Assembly: GCA_951406725.2 (NCBI GenBank)
Contig: OX597816.1
Location: 89,652,001-89,716,000, forward strand
Length of the DNA stretch: 64,000 bases
DNA from: Octopus vulgaris
Lineage: Eukaryota
Reading direction: 5' to 3'
In this document: positions 1-14,394 of the stretch, piece by piece
How the letters are laid out: the number at the start of each line of letters is the position of its first letter
Numbering within the stretch: position 1 is the first letter of the stretch
The notes under the pieces: model-generated
What the model saw: the letters and a program-made list of their open reading frames with translations, nothing else
What the model was told of the DNA's origin: nothing
The model's database searches: none
Translations under genes and position numbers: made by a program

Positions 1-1740
1 TATAGGGATGATGCTCTGTTCGTTGTACCTAGCAATAGTAAATCAAGCATTGAAAGGATTAAAAAGAAAATTAATAAATTCTTTAAAGATTTTAACCTTA
101 GCATTACTTACGAACCTGGCACTAAGATAGTTAATTTCCTAGATGTCACCTTAAACCTTAATTCAAAACTACATTATCCATTTAGAAAGGAAGGCGAAAT
201 CACTAGATATGTAAATAAGTTAGCTAATCATCCCCCTAATATAATAAAATCATTAGTTAAAAATATTTCCCTAAGAATTTCTAAATTGTCATGTAATAGT
301 GATATATTTAACTCTCACTCTAACCATTACAATACCGCATTATCTAAAGCAGGATATGATCAAGAAATTACCTTTCTCGATAAGGATAGCTTGTATCTTC
401 CGAACAATGAAGCGAATATAAATAACGTAAACAATAATAGCTATCATACCCTACATAAAAATAGATTTATGGTGAGGAAAAATCTAGTGTATAAACCAAA
501 TTATATGAGTAAAAATATTGACCAGATCATAAGTAACTTTGAAAAAACTAATTTAGATAAATCTAATAAACATGCAAATAGAAGTAAAACGAATAATAAT
601 TCTCGTAAGAATGGTAATAATGCATCTCACCCCAACTCATACTTAAACAAAAAATATAAAAGAGAAAATATCATTTGGCTAAATATTCCCTTTAATTGTG
701 CGATCTTGTCGAATGTGTACAGTAAATTTAAATCTATACTAGAAAAAACTTCCCAGCCTCCCATAAATATCATAAAATAATTTCTAAGAGAACAGTTAGG
801 ATTTCATATTCAACCCTCATAAATATGTCTACCATAATAGCTAGACTTAATAGTAAAAACATTAAGTTAGCCAGGAGTAGAACGATTAGTATCAACATGG
901 ATAGTAATAATAATTGTAATAACAGCATCAAAAATAGAAATAACAATAATAATCATTATCGCAATGATAACAACAATAATAATAATAATAATAACAATAA
1001 TATTAATAAAAATAATTATAATGGTAATAATAGGGATAATAAAAATAAAAATAATACTAAAAATGATGATAGCAATAATATTAATAACAATAATAACAAC
1101 ATTGATATAAATACAAATAATGATAATAGCAATACCAGTAATGTAGGTAGTATAGGTATTGGTATGTTAGATGGGAATGATAGTGTAAATGATCAATAAA
1201 TAGTAACCCCATTTTAGATAATAACATGACCACTAATAATGAAAATAATACTAATAATATTACTAATAACATTATAAATAACAGTAATGTGAGAGAACTA
1301 TCCTTAAATAATTCTAAATCTGAAAAGTATCCTCCCAGTTGCAATTGTAGCATTAGATCAAATTGTCCGGCATCTAGTCGTTGTTCGGCCCAAAATGTAA
1401 TTTATAAATGCACTATATTCTAACGGTAAATTCTTTTATCTTGGTTTTTCTGTTAATTTTAAACAACGTCTTAACAATCATCTCTCCTCTTTCCGTTTGA
1501 AACATAAGGCAGGTTGCACTACACTATCTAGCAAAACTAATAATATAGAATACAACCTAAAATGGGATATAGTTAGGAGGGCAAAACCTTATAGAAATAA
1601 TAGAGTAGGATGCCAACTCTGTTCTATGGAAACCTATAACATTTTTAAGTATCGAAGTAATAAAAATCTACTAAATAATCGTCTAGAGTTAGGTTAGTCT
1701 TGCATTCATTCAACAATTAGAACTTTCAAATATTTTAAAT
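1..1740 (+). mobile_element. Degenerate Penelope-like element (Naiad-type), RT C-terminus + GIY-YIG endonuclease, cut by the window edge
   Basis: Frame 1 reads YRDDALF...VNFLDVTLNL...NHPPNIIK (RT/thumb). Later CNCSIRSNCP..RC..NVIYKC, YLG, FKQRLNNH, LKWDIV, CQLCSME, LLN.R.EL..CIH (GIY-YIG with Cys/His motifs). Stops and frameshifts present. Confidence 0.85.
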
Positions 1741-2673
1741 AGAAATATAAGGTTTTTCTACTTTTTAACTGTAACTTTTTAATATAATAATAATATGAGA
1801 TATACTATACTAACCTTTAATTTACTTCTATAGTCAACTGGATTAACCTCACTATAATCATGAAATTGCATCTTTCCCCAAATCTATTCTAATTTTAAAG
1901 TATAATACCATTCCCCCAGTTATAAAATACGATACCTTCTATAAATTAGATGAAGTTTTGCTCCCCTACCCTTTGTAAAAGAATTTAATTGACCTCTGGA
2001 TATTGACCTAGATTTTTTCTCACCACATAAAAATAAATAGCTTTCTGTTCTAGTGACAACCTGAATTCCTTTCATGTATTTTTTCTGCAACTAACTTAAA
2101 CCCATTTTACAATATTCTTTCACATCCCCTTACCTAAATTCCTACTAAAATTCTGATGGCTTTCAGTTGAAAGTAGGGTTTGGTCAGTTTAGTAGCTGAC
2201 CTTCTACCTCATATGTTCCTAAGAATTTAATGATCTTTCTACACTGACCTAAATCTTCTGTCACCACATAAATAGATTGACCCTTTGTTCTAGTGACAAT
2301 CTGTTTGTCTTTTACATCTGAATTTTTCCCCTTATTTTCTTCAACTAACTTGATTTCTTAACCTGCCCTTAACCCCATTCTTATAACTAAGGAAATTTTC
2401 TTGCAACAGTTAGTTGTGAACTTAGTTCTAGTCTGGTTGGCATCCTAACTACACTACCTCATGTTCCTGAGATTCATATCTACATCTTTATCTGTATGTT
2501 TACCTTCCCTAAGATGTTACTAATTGATTTGAGAACTTTATATTGTTGGAAAACCTATATGAAATTAGCTGAAGATTACTCGACATATTAAATCTGCTGT
2601 AATATTTACAGCTTTTAATAAAATGAAACAATTGTACTAAATTACCGGATTCATTCTTGTTGCTTATTTTTGA

Positions 2674-2676
<3 letters not shown>
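1741..2676 (+). repeat. 3' UTR / pseudo-LTR of the PLE at 1-1740, ending at (TA)n
   Basis: Follows the GIY-YIG stop, carries an HHR motif at 2565-2640, and is homologous to the inverted relic at ~47140-47815. Confidence 0.65.
2565..2640 (+). ncRNA. Type I hammerhead ribozyme motif (long stem II, damaged)
   Basis: ttag-CTGAAGA-[long stem II with gctgtaa-tat-ttacagc hairpin]-GAAA-CAATTG-TA-ctaa; palindromic stem III. Confidence 0.6.
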
Positions 2677-2732
<56 letters not shown>

Positions 2733-2870
2733 AGGTATTTGTATCTAGAAGATCCACAGAGTAGAGGGTTACGCTAAGTAAGTGCTATGGACAGACCGTA
2801 GTTAATCTCTTGGTTTCATAGTGATACGAGTGAGGAGTCTAATGTGGGTCTTGTATTAGCATGCATATAT

Positions 2871-3181
2871 ATTATACAGAATGAGATAAAAAAGCCAGGG
2901 CTGTGAAGAGTTTTCATGACATTTATGATGAAATAGTCATCCAGATGTTTCTGTGATATTATACATATTCCTTCATCAGAGACGGTGTGAGAAAATATTT
3001 GAGTTCGAATTATATTCCCAATCTACTTTTCTTCCACACTAATTCTAACTCAGATATTTTCTCATGCCGTCTCTGATGAAGGGAAATCCATAATATCCCA
3101 GAAACACCTGTAAGATTATTTCATCATAAATGTCCTGAAAACTCCATATGGCTTGTCTTTGTTATCTCATTCTGTATAATA
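2871..3181. mobile_element. Palindromic mini-element made of two inverted pLTR-like arms, each with an HHR motif
   Basis: Arms ~2871-3005 and ~3048-3181 are reverse complements. HHR-like motifs at 2936-2983 (-) and 3069-3116 (+: gtct-CTGATGA-AGGGA..TCCCA-GAAA-CACCTG-TA-agat). Confidence 0.65.
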
Positions 3182-3215
3182 TGCATATATATATATATAT
3201 GTGTGTGTGTGTATG

Positions 3216-3307
<92 letters not shown>

Positions 3308-3311
<4 letters not shown>

Positions 3312-3506
3312 ATCCCGACCGGCTGTGTTGTGTTCTTGAGCAAGCCTTTAACGTTGCTCCAGTTCACTCAACTGTAGAAATGTTGGACACAGGTGCCAAG
3401 CTATATCGGCCTTTGTCTTCCTTGAATAACACTGGTGGCCATGATCTTCCATAAACAACCTGCCCGACTGTCTAGTAACTTTCGGATGGCCGAAGGTCTT
3501 ACCCTT
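3308..3506 (+). mobile_element. 5'-truncated tRNA-derived SINE
   Basis: Body (gttgctccagttcactca..ggtgccaag.t.tatcggccttt) matches the SINE at 21143-21480. Confidence 0.65.
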
Positions 3507-3951
3507 TATATATCTGTAAATGTAATATGTGACCACGCCGCCATATCTTCGCCGCCATATCTTCGGTTATCCGGCCGTCGGAAAAACGCTATGAAAAATA
3601 GCGTTTCATAGCGTTTTTCCGATGACCGGATAACTGAAGAGATGGCGGCGTGGGTTGTCAACTCGGCATCCAAAACTCGGAGTTTTATCATGGCTACCGA
3701 ATAATTGTCACATATTGCATTTACAGATAAATTCCTCTATTTACATAATATCGAGGTCTCTTTCTTTCTTTTGTTATCTTACCGTTTTTATCAATATATA
3801 TGTGGGGGGGAGTGCATGATTTTATGCATGTATTAATGTATTTATATATTTATGTATTTTTTACAAGATTCGTACAGCACCACATAAGACGATATCTTAT
3901 GTCTTACGAACAAAACGAACAAAACGTGAAGTAATAAAACGTAATACTAAC

Positions 3952-4259
3952 ACTTTTTCTGGTTTGTCACTATCGTCAGGCACTTGATAGCTCTTGCCAA
4001 TGAGGGAGTATTTATTTGCTTTTCCCGATACATCAACACCTTCCTTCGTACGAAAGTCGTCTCGCTTACTATTGCAGTCACCGCATAGTCCTGTCAGCTG
4101 GCCTCTGTATTTACTGCTTACATAAATATAAACACGATGGTTTCCATCAAATTCCACTTTCAGTCCAAACTTTGTAGTAACTGTAACCCATCCGCCAGAA
4201 AAAGTAACAGTAAATCCTTCGTAATCCTTCAGCGGCACTGTCAATGCTTCCTTGTTCAC
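3952..4259 (-). CDS. Host gene exon: VWD domain, C-terminal half
   Basis: VNKEALTVP...FGLKVEFDGNHRVYIYVSSKYRGQLTGLCGDCN (VWD GLCG motif). Acceptor tttcag at 4260; probable donor gttagt at 3951. In frame with the exon at 14395-14645. Confidence 0.88.
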
Positions 4260-4454
4260 CTGAAATTTCGCAAGAATTGTTAATATATTAACTCAGAAGT
4301 AAATGATATATGGTCAGCAGCTTTTTCTTCAGCTCACCACAATCACCTCCGCTTCAAATATATAGCAAGTACATATGAAGGTAATATATGCATGTGAATG
4401 TGTGTTAGTATGTGATTACGTGGAAAAGCAAGTAATTATATAGATGAGAAAATG

Positions 4455-4497
<43 letters not shown>

Positions 4498-4547
4498 TAT
4501 ATATATAAAGAGGTTTGTTTGATCGTGTATAGAGTGATATATATTAT

Positions 4548-5139
4548 TCAAAGGAATTCCAACTCTGTCAGTTTTTTATGTTTTATTGATATTCTTTATG
4601 ATATTAATGTAGAATATAGAATATATAGTATAAATAGTATATATAGTAAATTGAAATGAAGTATTGATTGTCTTATTGAATAGATGAAATATTGAATATC
4701 AAATGTTAAGGGACTAGTATACTTTCTTGCATTAAAGCAGTCTTCAAGATCCCAGGATGTGACAGGAATGTTTCAACTGTAGTTGGCTGGCTGTCTTTTG
4801 TCCTTTATATATGTTCCTGTGGACAGCAGCAGTAGTTGCTTGTCTGTTTTGAGAAATGATGCCAAACCATTTTTCAGTGATTATTTTTAGAAATGATGAC
4901 AGCAGTACTTTTTAGAGATTTTTTGTGTTTTAGTTATAGGGATAAGATTTTAACAAGCTTAAGAAACAATGATTAAATTAATCTTATTTGGTGTTTAAAA
5001 ATCTATTTATAATCTATTCAGTAAGAAAATCAATACTTCATTTCATTTTACTATATATACTATTTATACTATATATTCTATATTCTACATTAACATTATA
5101 AAGAATATAAATAAACATAAAAGAGTTGGAATTCCTTTG

Positions 5140-5141
<2 letters not shown>
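4548..5141. mobile_element. Mini-element with ~120-bp inverted ends and an internal degenerate HHR (pLTR-derived)
   Basis: 4548-4669 is the reverse complement of 5028-5141. Minus strand 4710-4753 reads gggat-cTTGAAGA-cTGC-tttaat-GCAa-GAAA-GTATAC-TA-gtccc. (TA)n at the right edge. Confidence 0.55.
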
Positions 5142-5186
<45 letters not shown>

Positions 5187-5659
5187 ATTCGTTTTACAAC
5201 ATTCCTTATGTGAAATAGTATGTTCAAACAGATGTTGTATTTCGGGATGGTCATGTTTAGTTTTTTTCTCGCCAAATAAACACTATATATTTTTTCTTCA
5301 TTCGTCTATTATTGTTATTTTATTATTTTAACGCCTGTCCATTTTCCGAAAATCTTTCGTCATACAACTCCGCTTACTCCATTCTGTTCTTCTAAGATGT
5401 GTATCCTTAAGTGCGCATGCGTCTGTGTCCTTGATAGTGTGTGTATGTGTGTGCGTGTGTGTGCGTGCATGCATGCGTGTGTGTGTATATGTGTGTGTAT
5501 TTTTGTGTGTGTCTTAGTTTCTAGCAGCACTAACCACTCACCCCATTGTGCTGCTTCTGCTGTGAGACCGAGAAAAAAATGGTACAGTTCCTATATTCCT
5601 CTATGTATGTGTGTTCGTCCACGGTGTTGTAATCGTGGTAATTTTTGTTGCTGTTATTA

Positions 5660-6730
5660 CTGTTATAACAATAAAGATTAAAATAATAGACCTAAAAGAA
5701 CCAGTAAAGTCCATGTTATTAATTATAATACCAAGGTAAATAAAATTATAAATCGAATAAGAACAACCCTACCAAACCTGATAACAATAGAAAATAAAAT
5801 TAACAAAAGAAAACAGAATACTAGTTATAGCAATAAATTAACGATCTATAACAATACTGAAGGCAGTTTTTACACCAAAAACAAAATTATTAGAAATAAC
5901 AAGCGGAATATGGGCGATATCGGGCTAATAATTCTTTTCGCGATGCAACTAAAATCCTACATAGTAAAATCTATAATGACACTTATAAATAAGCACTTCA
6001 ATATGAATACGTAATACTCAGAAATCTTAAGAAATGAAATTAGAGTAGGCCATAGCCTGACTAGCAACCTAGCTACTGTTATAGATTCTATCAACAATAA
6101 AAAGGCTACACTCCTCCTATGAAACTAGGAAGAATAACAATAAAAAGCACAATAACCAATTGTTGTGCATTTTATTGTTATTCTTTTTATTTATAATAAG
6201 CTTTTTATTTATAATAAGTTACCCGCCAAATAACTCACCCTCTAATATTTCGGACAACCACCTTATAAATGATAATCCCCTCCCATATCATAGGCACAGA
6301 TAATTTCACTAACTTATGTGGTTGCAGAGATAAAAATACTTCTGAATTCTTAAATAATGTAAAGCTAAAATGTAATCTACCAATGTGATGTATTCTCCAA
6401 TGATTACAAGAAAACCTATATAGGAGCAACTAAAAATGAAATGAAACTAAGATATAATTCCCATCTTTCAAGATTCAGAAATAGAAATAAGGCTAACTAT
6501 TCTGGATTAAGTAGTTACATCTGTGAACTTAAAGATAATAACATTAATTACAGATTAGAATGGCGTATCCTAGCCAAAACATCTTCATAAAAGCTTTAAA
6601 ATAATCGCTGTTATTTATGAATAAATGAGAAATTTTTCATTTTAATGGGCACAAAGTAATTACTCAATAAACGAGATCAGAAAAATGAAACATGCTTACA
6701 TAAATTTAACTTCTTATTCTCTAAATACCG
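5660..6730 (+). mobile_element. Highly degenerate Naiad-type PLE, GIY-YIG region
   Basis: Residual motifs CGC, NV..KC, YIGAT, RYNSHLSRFR, LSSYI, LEWRIL, LNKR, CLH. Confidence 0.65.
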
Positions 6731-7205
6731 ATATTGTTACAGGTTATTAGCTGACCTGACTAACATCTAATTACCACCACTTGACCCCCCCCCTCAGAAC
6801 ATGATTTAATATCGCATCATAATTAAATTAAATTACCTCGAATAACTGAATTATTTATCTTAAATAAACTATGTATACCCGGAGCTGTAATCTTCTTTAA
6901 TATATTCACATTAAAGTTAGATCACTGAATAACATGCAAAATATAACTATGACATTTTAATACAAATGATCAACTGATAAATATGTGTGTGTGTGGATAT
7001 TTTCATTTAGAGATAGTAGGCCCCTTCATCTCACCATATAAAATAATTTTACTTAAGTACTTACTACGTATAACTCGGCTACAAGCGTTTCTTGAGGTAC
7101 TTTTCCGGGTTCCTTAAACACGCCGTGTTTTGCTAGAACCTTTCTTAAAATTTAACCCCAATCATTAGGCCACTGTATTGCTTTATCATAGTTTGATAAT
7201 ATAAA

Positions 7206-9119
<1,914 letters not shown>

Positions 9120-9345
9120 GAAATATTAAAATAACTAAGTCTCTCTAAAAGAGAACAGCGGCAGCGTTCCCGAAAAATAATAGTTATCGCCATACTAATA
9201 TGGCATTCTTATAAAAATAAGAAAAAAGCTGTCCGCTTATTAGCTCCATGAGGCCATCGCCTTAAGTTAGCTATTTGATACACAAACTGTATCCATATAA
9301 CCTTCGAACAAGGGAGGTCAGTCGCTCCACACTACTTGACCGGCA

Positions 9346-9386
9346 GCTACAGACGCTTTCGGGGTATTGCCCCTTTTCAATGCAGC
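9346..9386 (-). ncRNA. Type I HHR variant, inverted copy (1-nt loss in stem III)
   Basis: gctgca-TTGAAAA-GGGG-caata-CCCC-GAAA-GCG-TC-tgtagc on the minus strand. Confidence 0.6.
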
Positions 9387-9528
9387 GTAGCCAGCCAGTA
9401 GGTGTCGCTTCCGACAATCTCTGTTCGATGGTTTTATTTACCTAGTTTCGGTGGAATACATCCACTTGTTTTCAATAATAGAAATATTAAAATAACTAAG
9501 TCTCTCTAGGTAAATAAAACCATCGAAC

Positions 9529-9570
9529 GCTGCATTGAAAAGGGGCAATACCCTGAAACGCGTCTGTAGC
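9529..9570 (+). ncRNA. Minimal type I HHR, U3-A8 core variant (copy 1)
   Basis: gctgca-TTGAAAA-GGGG-caata-CCCT-GAAA-CGCG-TC^tgtagc. 6-bp stem I, 4-bp stem II, palindromic ACGCGT stem III, GUC cleavage triplet. Confidence 0.75.
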
Positions 9571-9890
9571 TGCCGGTCAAGTAGTGTGGAGCGACTGACC
9601 TCCCTTGTTCGAAGGTTATATGGATACAGTTTGTGTATCAAATAGCTAACTTAAGGCGATGGCCTCATGGAGCTAATAAGCGGACAGCTTTTTTCTTATT
9701 TTTATAAGAATGCCATATTAGTATGGCGATAACTATTATTTTCCGGGAACGCTGCCGCTGTTCTCTTTTAGAGAGACTTAGTTATTTTAATATTTCTATT
9801 ATTGAAAACAAGTGGATGTATTCCACCGAAACTAGGTAAATAAAACCATCGAACAGAGATTGTCGGAAGCGACACCTACTGGCTGGCTAC

Positions 9891-9932
9891 GCTGCATTGA
9901 AAAGGGGCAATACCCTGAAACGCGTCTGTAGC
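9891..9932 (+). ncRNA. Minimal type I HHR, U3-A8 core variant (copy 2)
   Basis: Identical to copy 1. Confidence 0.75.
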
Positions 9933-10252
9933 TGCCGGTCAAGTAGTGTGGAGCGACTGACCTCCCTTGTTCGAAGGTTATATGGATACAGTTTGTGTAT
10001 CAAATAGCTAACTTAAGGCGATGGCCTCATGGAGCTAATAAGCGGACAGCTTTTTTCTTATTTTTATAAGAATGCCATATTAGTATGGCGATAACTATTA
10101 TTTTCCGGGAACGCTGCCGCTGTTCTCTTTTAGAGAGACTTAGTTATTTTAATATTTCTATTATTGAAAACAAGTGGATGTATTCCACCGAAACTAGGTA
10201 AATAAAACCATCGAACAGAGATTGTCGGAAGCGACACCTACTGGCTGGCTAC

Positions 10253-10294
10253 GCTGCATTGAAAAGGGGCAATACCCTGAAACGCGTCTGTAGC
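10253..10294 (+). ncRNA. Minimal type I HHR, U3-A8 core variant (copy 3)
   Basis: Identical to copy 1. Confidence 0.75.
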
Positions 10295-10614
10295 TGCCGG
10301 TCAAGTAGTGTGGAGCGACTGACCTCCCTTGTTCGAAGGTTATATGGATACAGTTTGTGTATCAAATAGCTAACTTAAGGCGATGGCCTCATGGAGCTAA
10401 TAAGCGGACAGCTTTTTTCTTATTTTTATAAGAATGCCATATTAGTATGGCGATAACTATTATTTTCCGGGAACGCTGCCGCTGTTCTCTTTTAGAGAGA
10501 CTTAGTTATTTTAATATTTCTATTATTGAAAACAAGTGGATGTATTCCACCGAAACTAGGTAAATAAAACCATCGAACAGAGATTGTCGGAAGCGACACC
10601 TACTGGCTGGCTAC

Positions 10615-10656
10615 GCTGCATTGAAAAGGGGCAATACCCTGAAACGCGTCTGTAGC
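10615..10656 (+). ncRNA. Minimal type I HHR, U3-A8 core variant (copy 4)
   Basis: Identical to copy 1. Confidence 0.75.
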
Positions 10657-10815
10657 TGCCGGTCAAGTAGTGTGGAGCGACTGACCTCCCTTGTTCGAAG
10701 GTTATATGGATACAGTTTGTGTATCAAATAGCTAACTTAAGGCGATGGCCTCATGGAGCTAATAAGCGGACAGCTTTTTTCTTATTTTTATAAAAATGCC
10801 ATATTAGTATGGCGA

Positions 10816-10942
<127 letters not shown>

Positions 10943-11289
10943 GTATATGTGTGTGTGTGTATATATGTATGTATATATACATATAAATATATTTATGTAA
11001 ACATATTTCTACATATTTTCATACATATATATATATATATTTTTATAAATATATATATATATTTATATTGATATATGTATATTTATGTATATATATTTAT
11101 ATCAATGCATATATTTATAAACAGATACATATATGTGTATGCATATATATACATATATATTTATACCCATATATATATGTATATATATATATATATTTCT
11201 TTATATATATATATATATATATATGAATATATATATATCTGTTTATTTACTTATATATTTATTTAAATATATGTATATATTTATATATG

Positions 11290-11320
<31 letters not shown>

Positions 11321-11406
11321 GTTTATATATATATTTATATATATATATATTTACATATCTCTCTATATATTTATATATATTTACACATATATATATATAT
11401 ATTTAC

Positions 11407-11450
<44 letters not shown>

Positions 11451-11800
11451 CTATATATGATATATATATATATATATATATATGCATATATCTATACATA
11501 TATATGTGTATACATATGCATATATACAAACATATATGTACATACTTACATACATATGTATACACATATGCATATATACATATATGTATATGCATATGCA
11601 CATATATGTACTGGGCGTGCCAAATATTGCCCATTAAGATGTTATATCTCGCACGGCAGGAAAAATAACGGTGTTATATGGAATTTACATTCAAACGCCC
11701 GATTAAGGTCAAAAGTTGATGCCAACTGTGCATTATCGAGTTTTGGAAAATCCCAGCCTTATTTAAACTTCAGGGCATATGTGTGTGTATGTGTATGTGT

Positions 11801-11872
<72 letters not shown>

Positions 11873-11949
11873 CTTCTCCCACTCTTCTTTTTCTGTTTGT
11901 TTACTCTCACAGCTACTTATTTTTCCCTACTTTCTATCAGTCATCCCCT

Positions 11950-11995
<46 letters not shown>

Positions 11996-12154
11996 CAAAA
12001 TGAGAAAATGGAGAAACATACCTAAATCAATCATCAACCATCAGATAATACCCAGTCAATACTTTATTAAACCATTACACAACAGCAATGATAATATACA
12101 TAATATATTACAAATATAACAAGACATAGAAATAGAAATAGAAAATACATTTAC

Positions 12155-12208
<54 letters not shown>

Positions 12209-13939
12209 CTCTCTCTCTCTCTCTCTCTTCTCTTTGCTTTTGTCTCTCTTTCTCTGACTTTTCGTTTGCGTTTCCCTCTTACACGCTTCCTCCTCCTACT
12301 GTTGTAACATCTTTTTCTCTCTTACACTTCCTCCTTTATCTCCCGTACATGCTTCACTACTCTTTCTTTTCTGTTTACTCTACCTATTCCTCTCTATCTC
12401 ACAACACTAGAGCAGTTAAACCGTCCACCGGGTCATATTTCTTTTCTGGTTATGTTTTGTCTCTTCTTTACTGTGACCAGGCCAAATTTACTTAAAACTA
12501 TGACCGAATTCTCATTAATTCATAAAATTATTACATATCTTCCTTTTCACTGAGCTTAAAAATACTGGAATACCGTGAACAGAGGTGGGCATAGGTGCTA
12601 TTACGTGAGACACAGTAGTCACTTTACCCGTTAGAGATAGTAACCAGATTGCCCTCAGATTACTTCCTACTCTTTCTTTACATTTAATGGTGTATCAGAA
12701 ATACAGAATGGCTGGTCAAGTTGAAACATTTTTCATTGTAGATTCCCTAGCTCAATTTTCGTGGGCTAAATGATCAGATATGCTTTATGTACATTACAAA
12801 ATAAAAATTAAAAATCAATGGTGCCCTTTCCCCAATAAAAACCAATAATCACCCCAACGTGGTATCGGAGCGAATCAGAAATTGGGCTAACGATGGCAAT
12901 ATTATTTGAAGGATATGCTAGATAATAAAATGATATAATATAATCTTAAAAAACATGAAATTTAAATGGTAAAAATTTCCTGTTTTACAGAATAATGATT
13001 CAACAAAATATTCAAACTTTAAATTTTTCTTTAAAAAATTATTGATTTACAGAAAAAGATTTAATAAAATGTTGAGCCTTCAAAAGTTAGAAACTAGAAT
13101 CGAAAATAAAAAAAAATTAATGTTGCACTTTTTGAAGTACCCATCGCATTAGGAAACACATCTTAATTTTAAAGGTGGGGGACACCACCATTTCAATCCC
13201 CTTTTATTAGCAAATGAAGTTTAACTATTTCCTTTCGTTTAGAAGCACAAGTAAAAGCATTTGACTGGGATTAAGGACGGAAGAAGACGCATAATAGAAT
13301 GGAGGAGAGAAGAAAAAAAGGGAGGAGAGGAGAAACATGAAACAAAAGTAGGATCAGGAAGGGGGAAAAGGAGAGAAAAGATAAAAGAAGTGAAACTCAA
13401 GAAGCATGAAAGAGTGATAGGTAAGGGAATATGAGGAGAAAAATGGGGTGGAGGAAATAAAAGGAAAAGAACGAGGAGAAAGAGAAGAGTTTATTAGTAA
13501 AACTTATATTTTTCCAAAAAGTACAAAAGAACGCAAATTATTATTTTTACATTTTTACGATTCAAGTTTCTAACTTTTGAAGGCTCAACAGTTTAATAAA
13601 CCTCTTTCTGTTTTTGAACACGATTTTGAACACGGCTGATTTTGAATACGATTGATGGGTGGCAAGAGGTTGTGCTGATGTAAGTTAGTCTCTTATTTCT
13701 TGTGTTTGTGCTTTGAGACAAGTTTTAGCTGTGAGTCAAGAATTTTTCAGATGAATGTTTATGCCAGTTGTGGCAATTTTCAATGACAATTCAAGTTGTA
13801 ATGGTCCATGACCACCCTCTTTTCTTGGAAAGTAAAGTCGTTCCACATCTGACTTAGGATTGTGCATTTTATTCAATGTGAATAATTTTCGGATTTTTTA
13901 TCAACCTCACAAGTTCCAATATTTGACCACTTAATAATG

Positions 13940-14200
13940 TAACTTTATGTCATGACTGTTACGGTTAAAGTAACGCTTCCAATCTGTTTCTTGCGTTTAG
14001 CTCCATCTTGAGTATTGCCATCCTCTGAGATAGCATTCTTTTCTTATCATTCCTTCACCGTCAAGTGTCTGATTCTCTCACCTTCATACACCCTAAATAT
14101 TTGTAACCTTCATCTGGTTCTAATTCCCTTGTAACAGTCTCTTGGTCAAGTTCAATGCCGAATGTTTCTACCAATTACTCTCCGATAATCCATTTCTCGA
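13940..14200 (-). mobile_element. Short R4/Dong-type RT relic
   Basis: Minus strand reads PDEGYKYLG, typical of R4-clade RT C-terminal region. Confidence 0.45.
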
Positions 14201-14394
14201 TTATTTTTGAATATGTTGCTGTCCTTGAATAACCTAATGTGCTTTTTATGACGTGTTATGCCGACACAATTGACAGTTACCTTTTGCTTCATAATTTCTA
14301 TAGTGGTATTGATGTCAAGTATGAATTTCCATCACTGGTATTGTAACCGCTTTTAATTTAATGTTCAGCTAACAAATATATAACATTTACTTAC

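Noticed and set aside
7078-7125. Possible minus-strand hammerhead (cggc...AGG..CCT..GAAA-CGCTTG-TA-gccg)
   Set aside because: The core reads GTGTTTA instead of CTGANGA; too degenerate to support.
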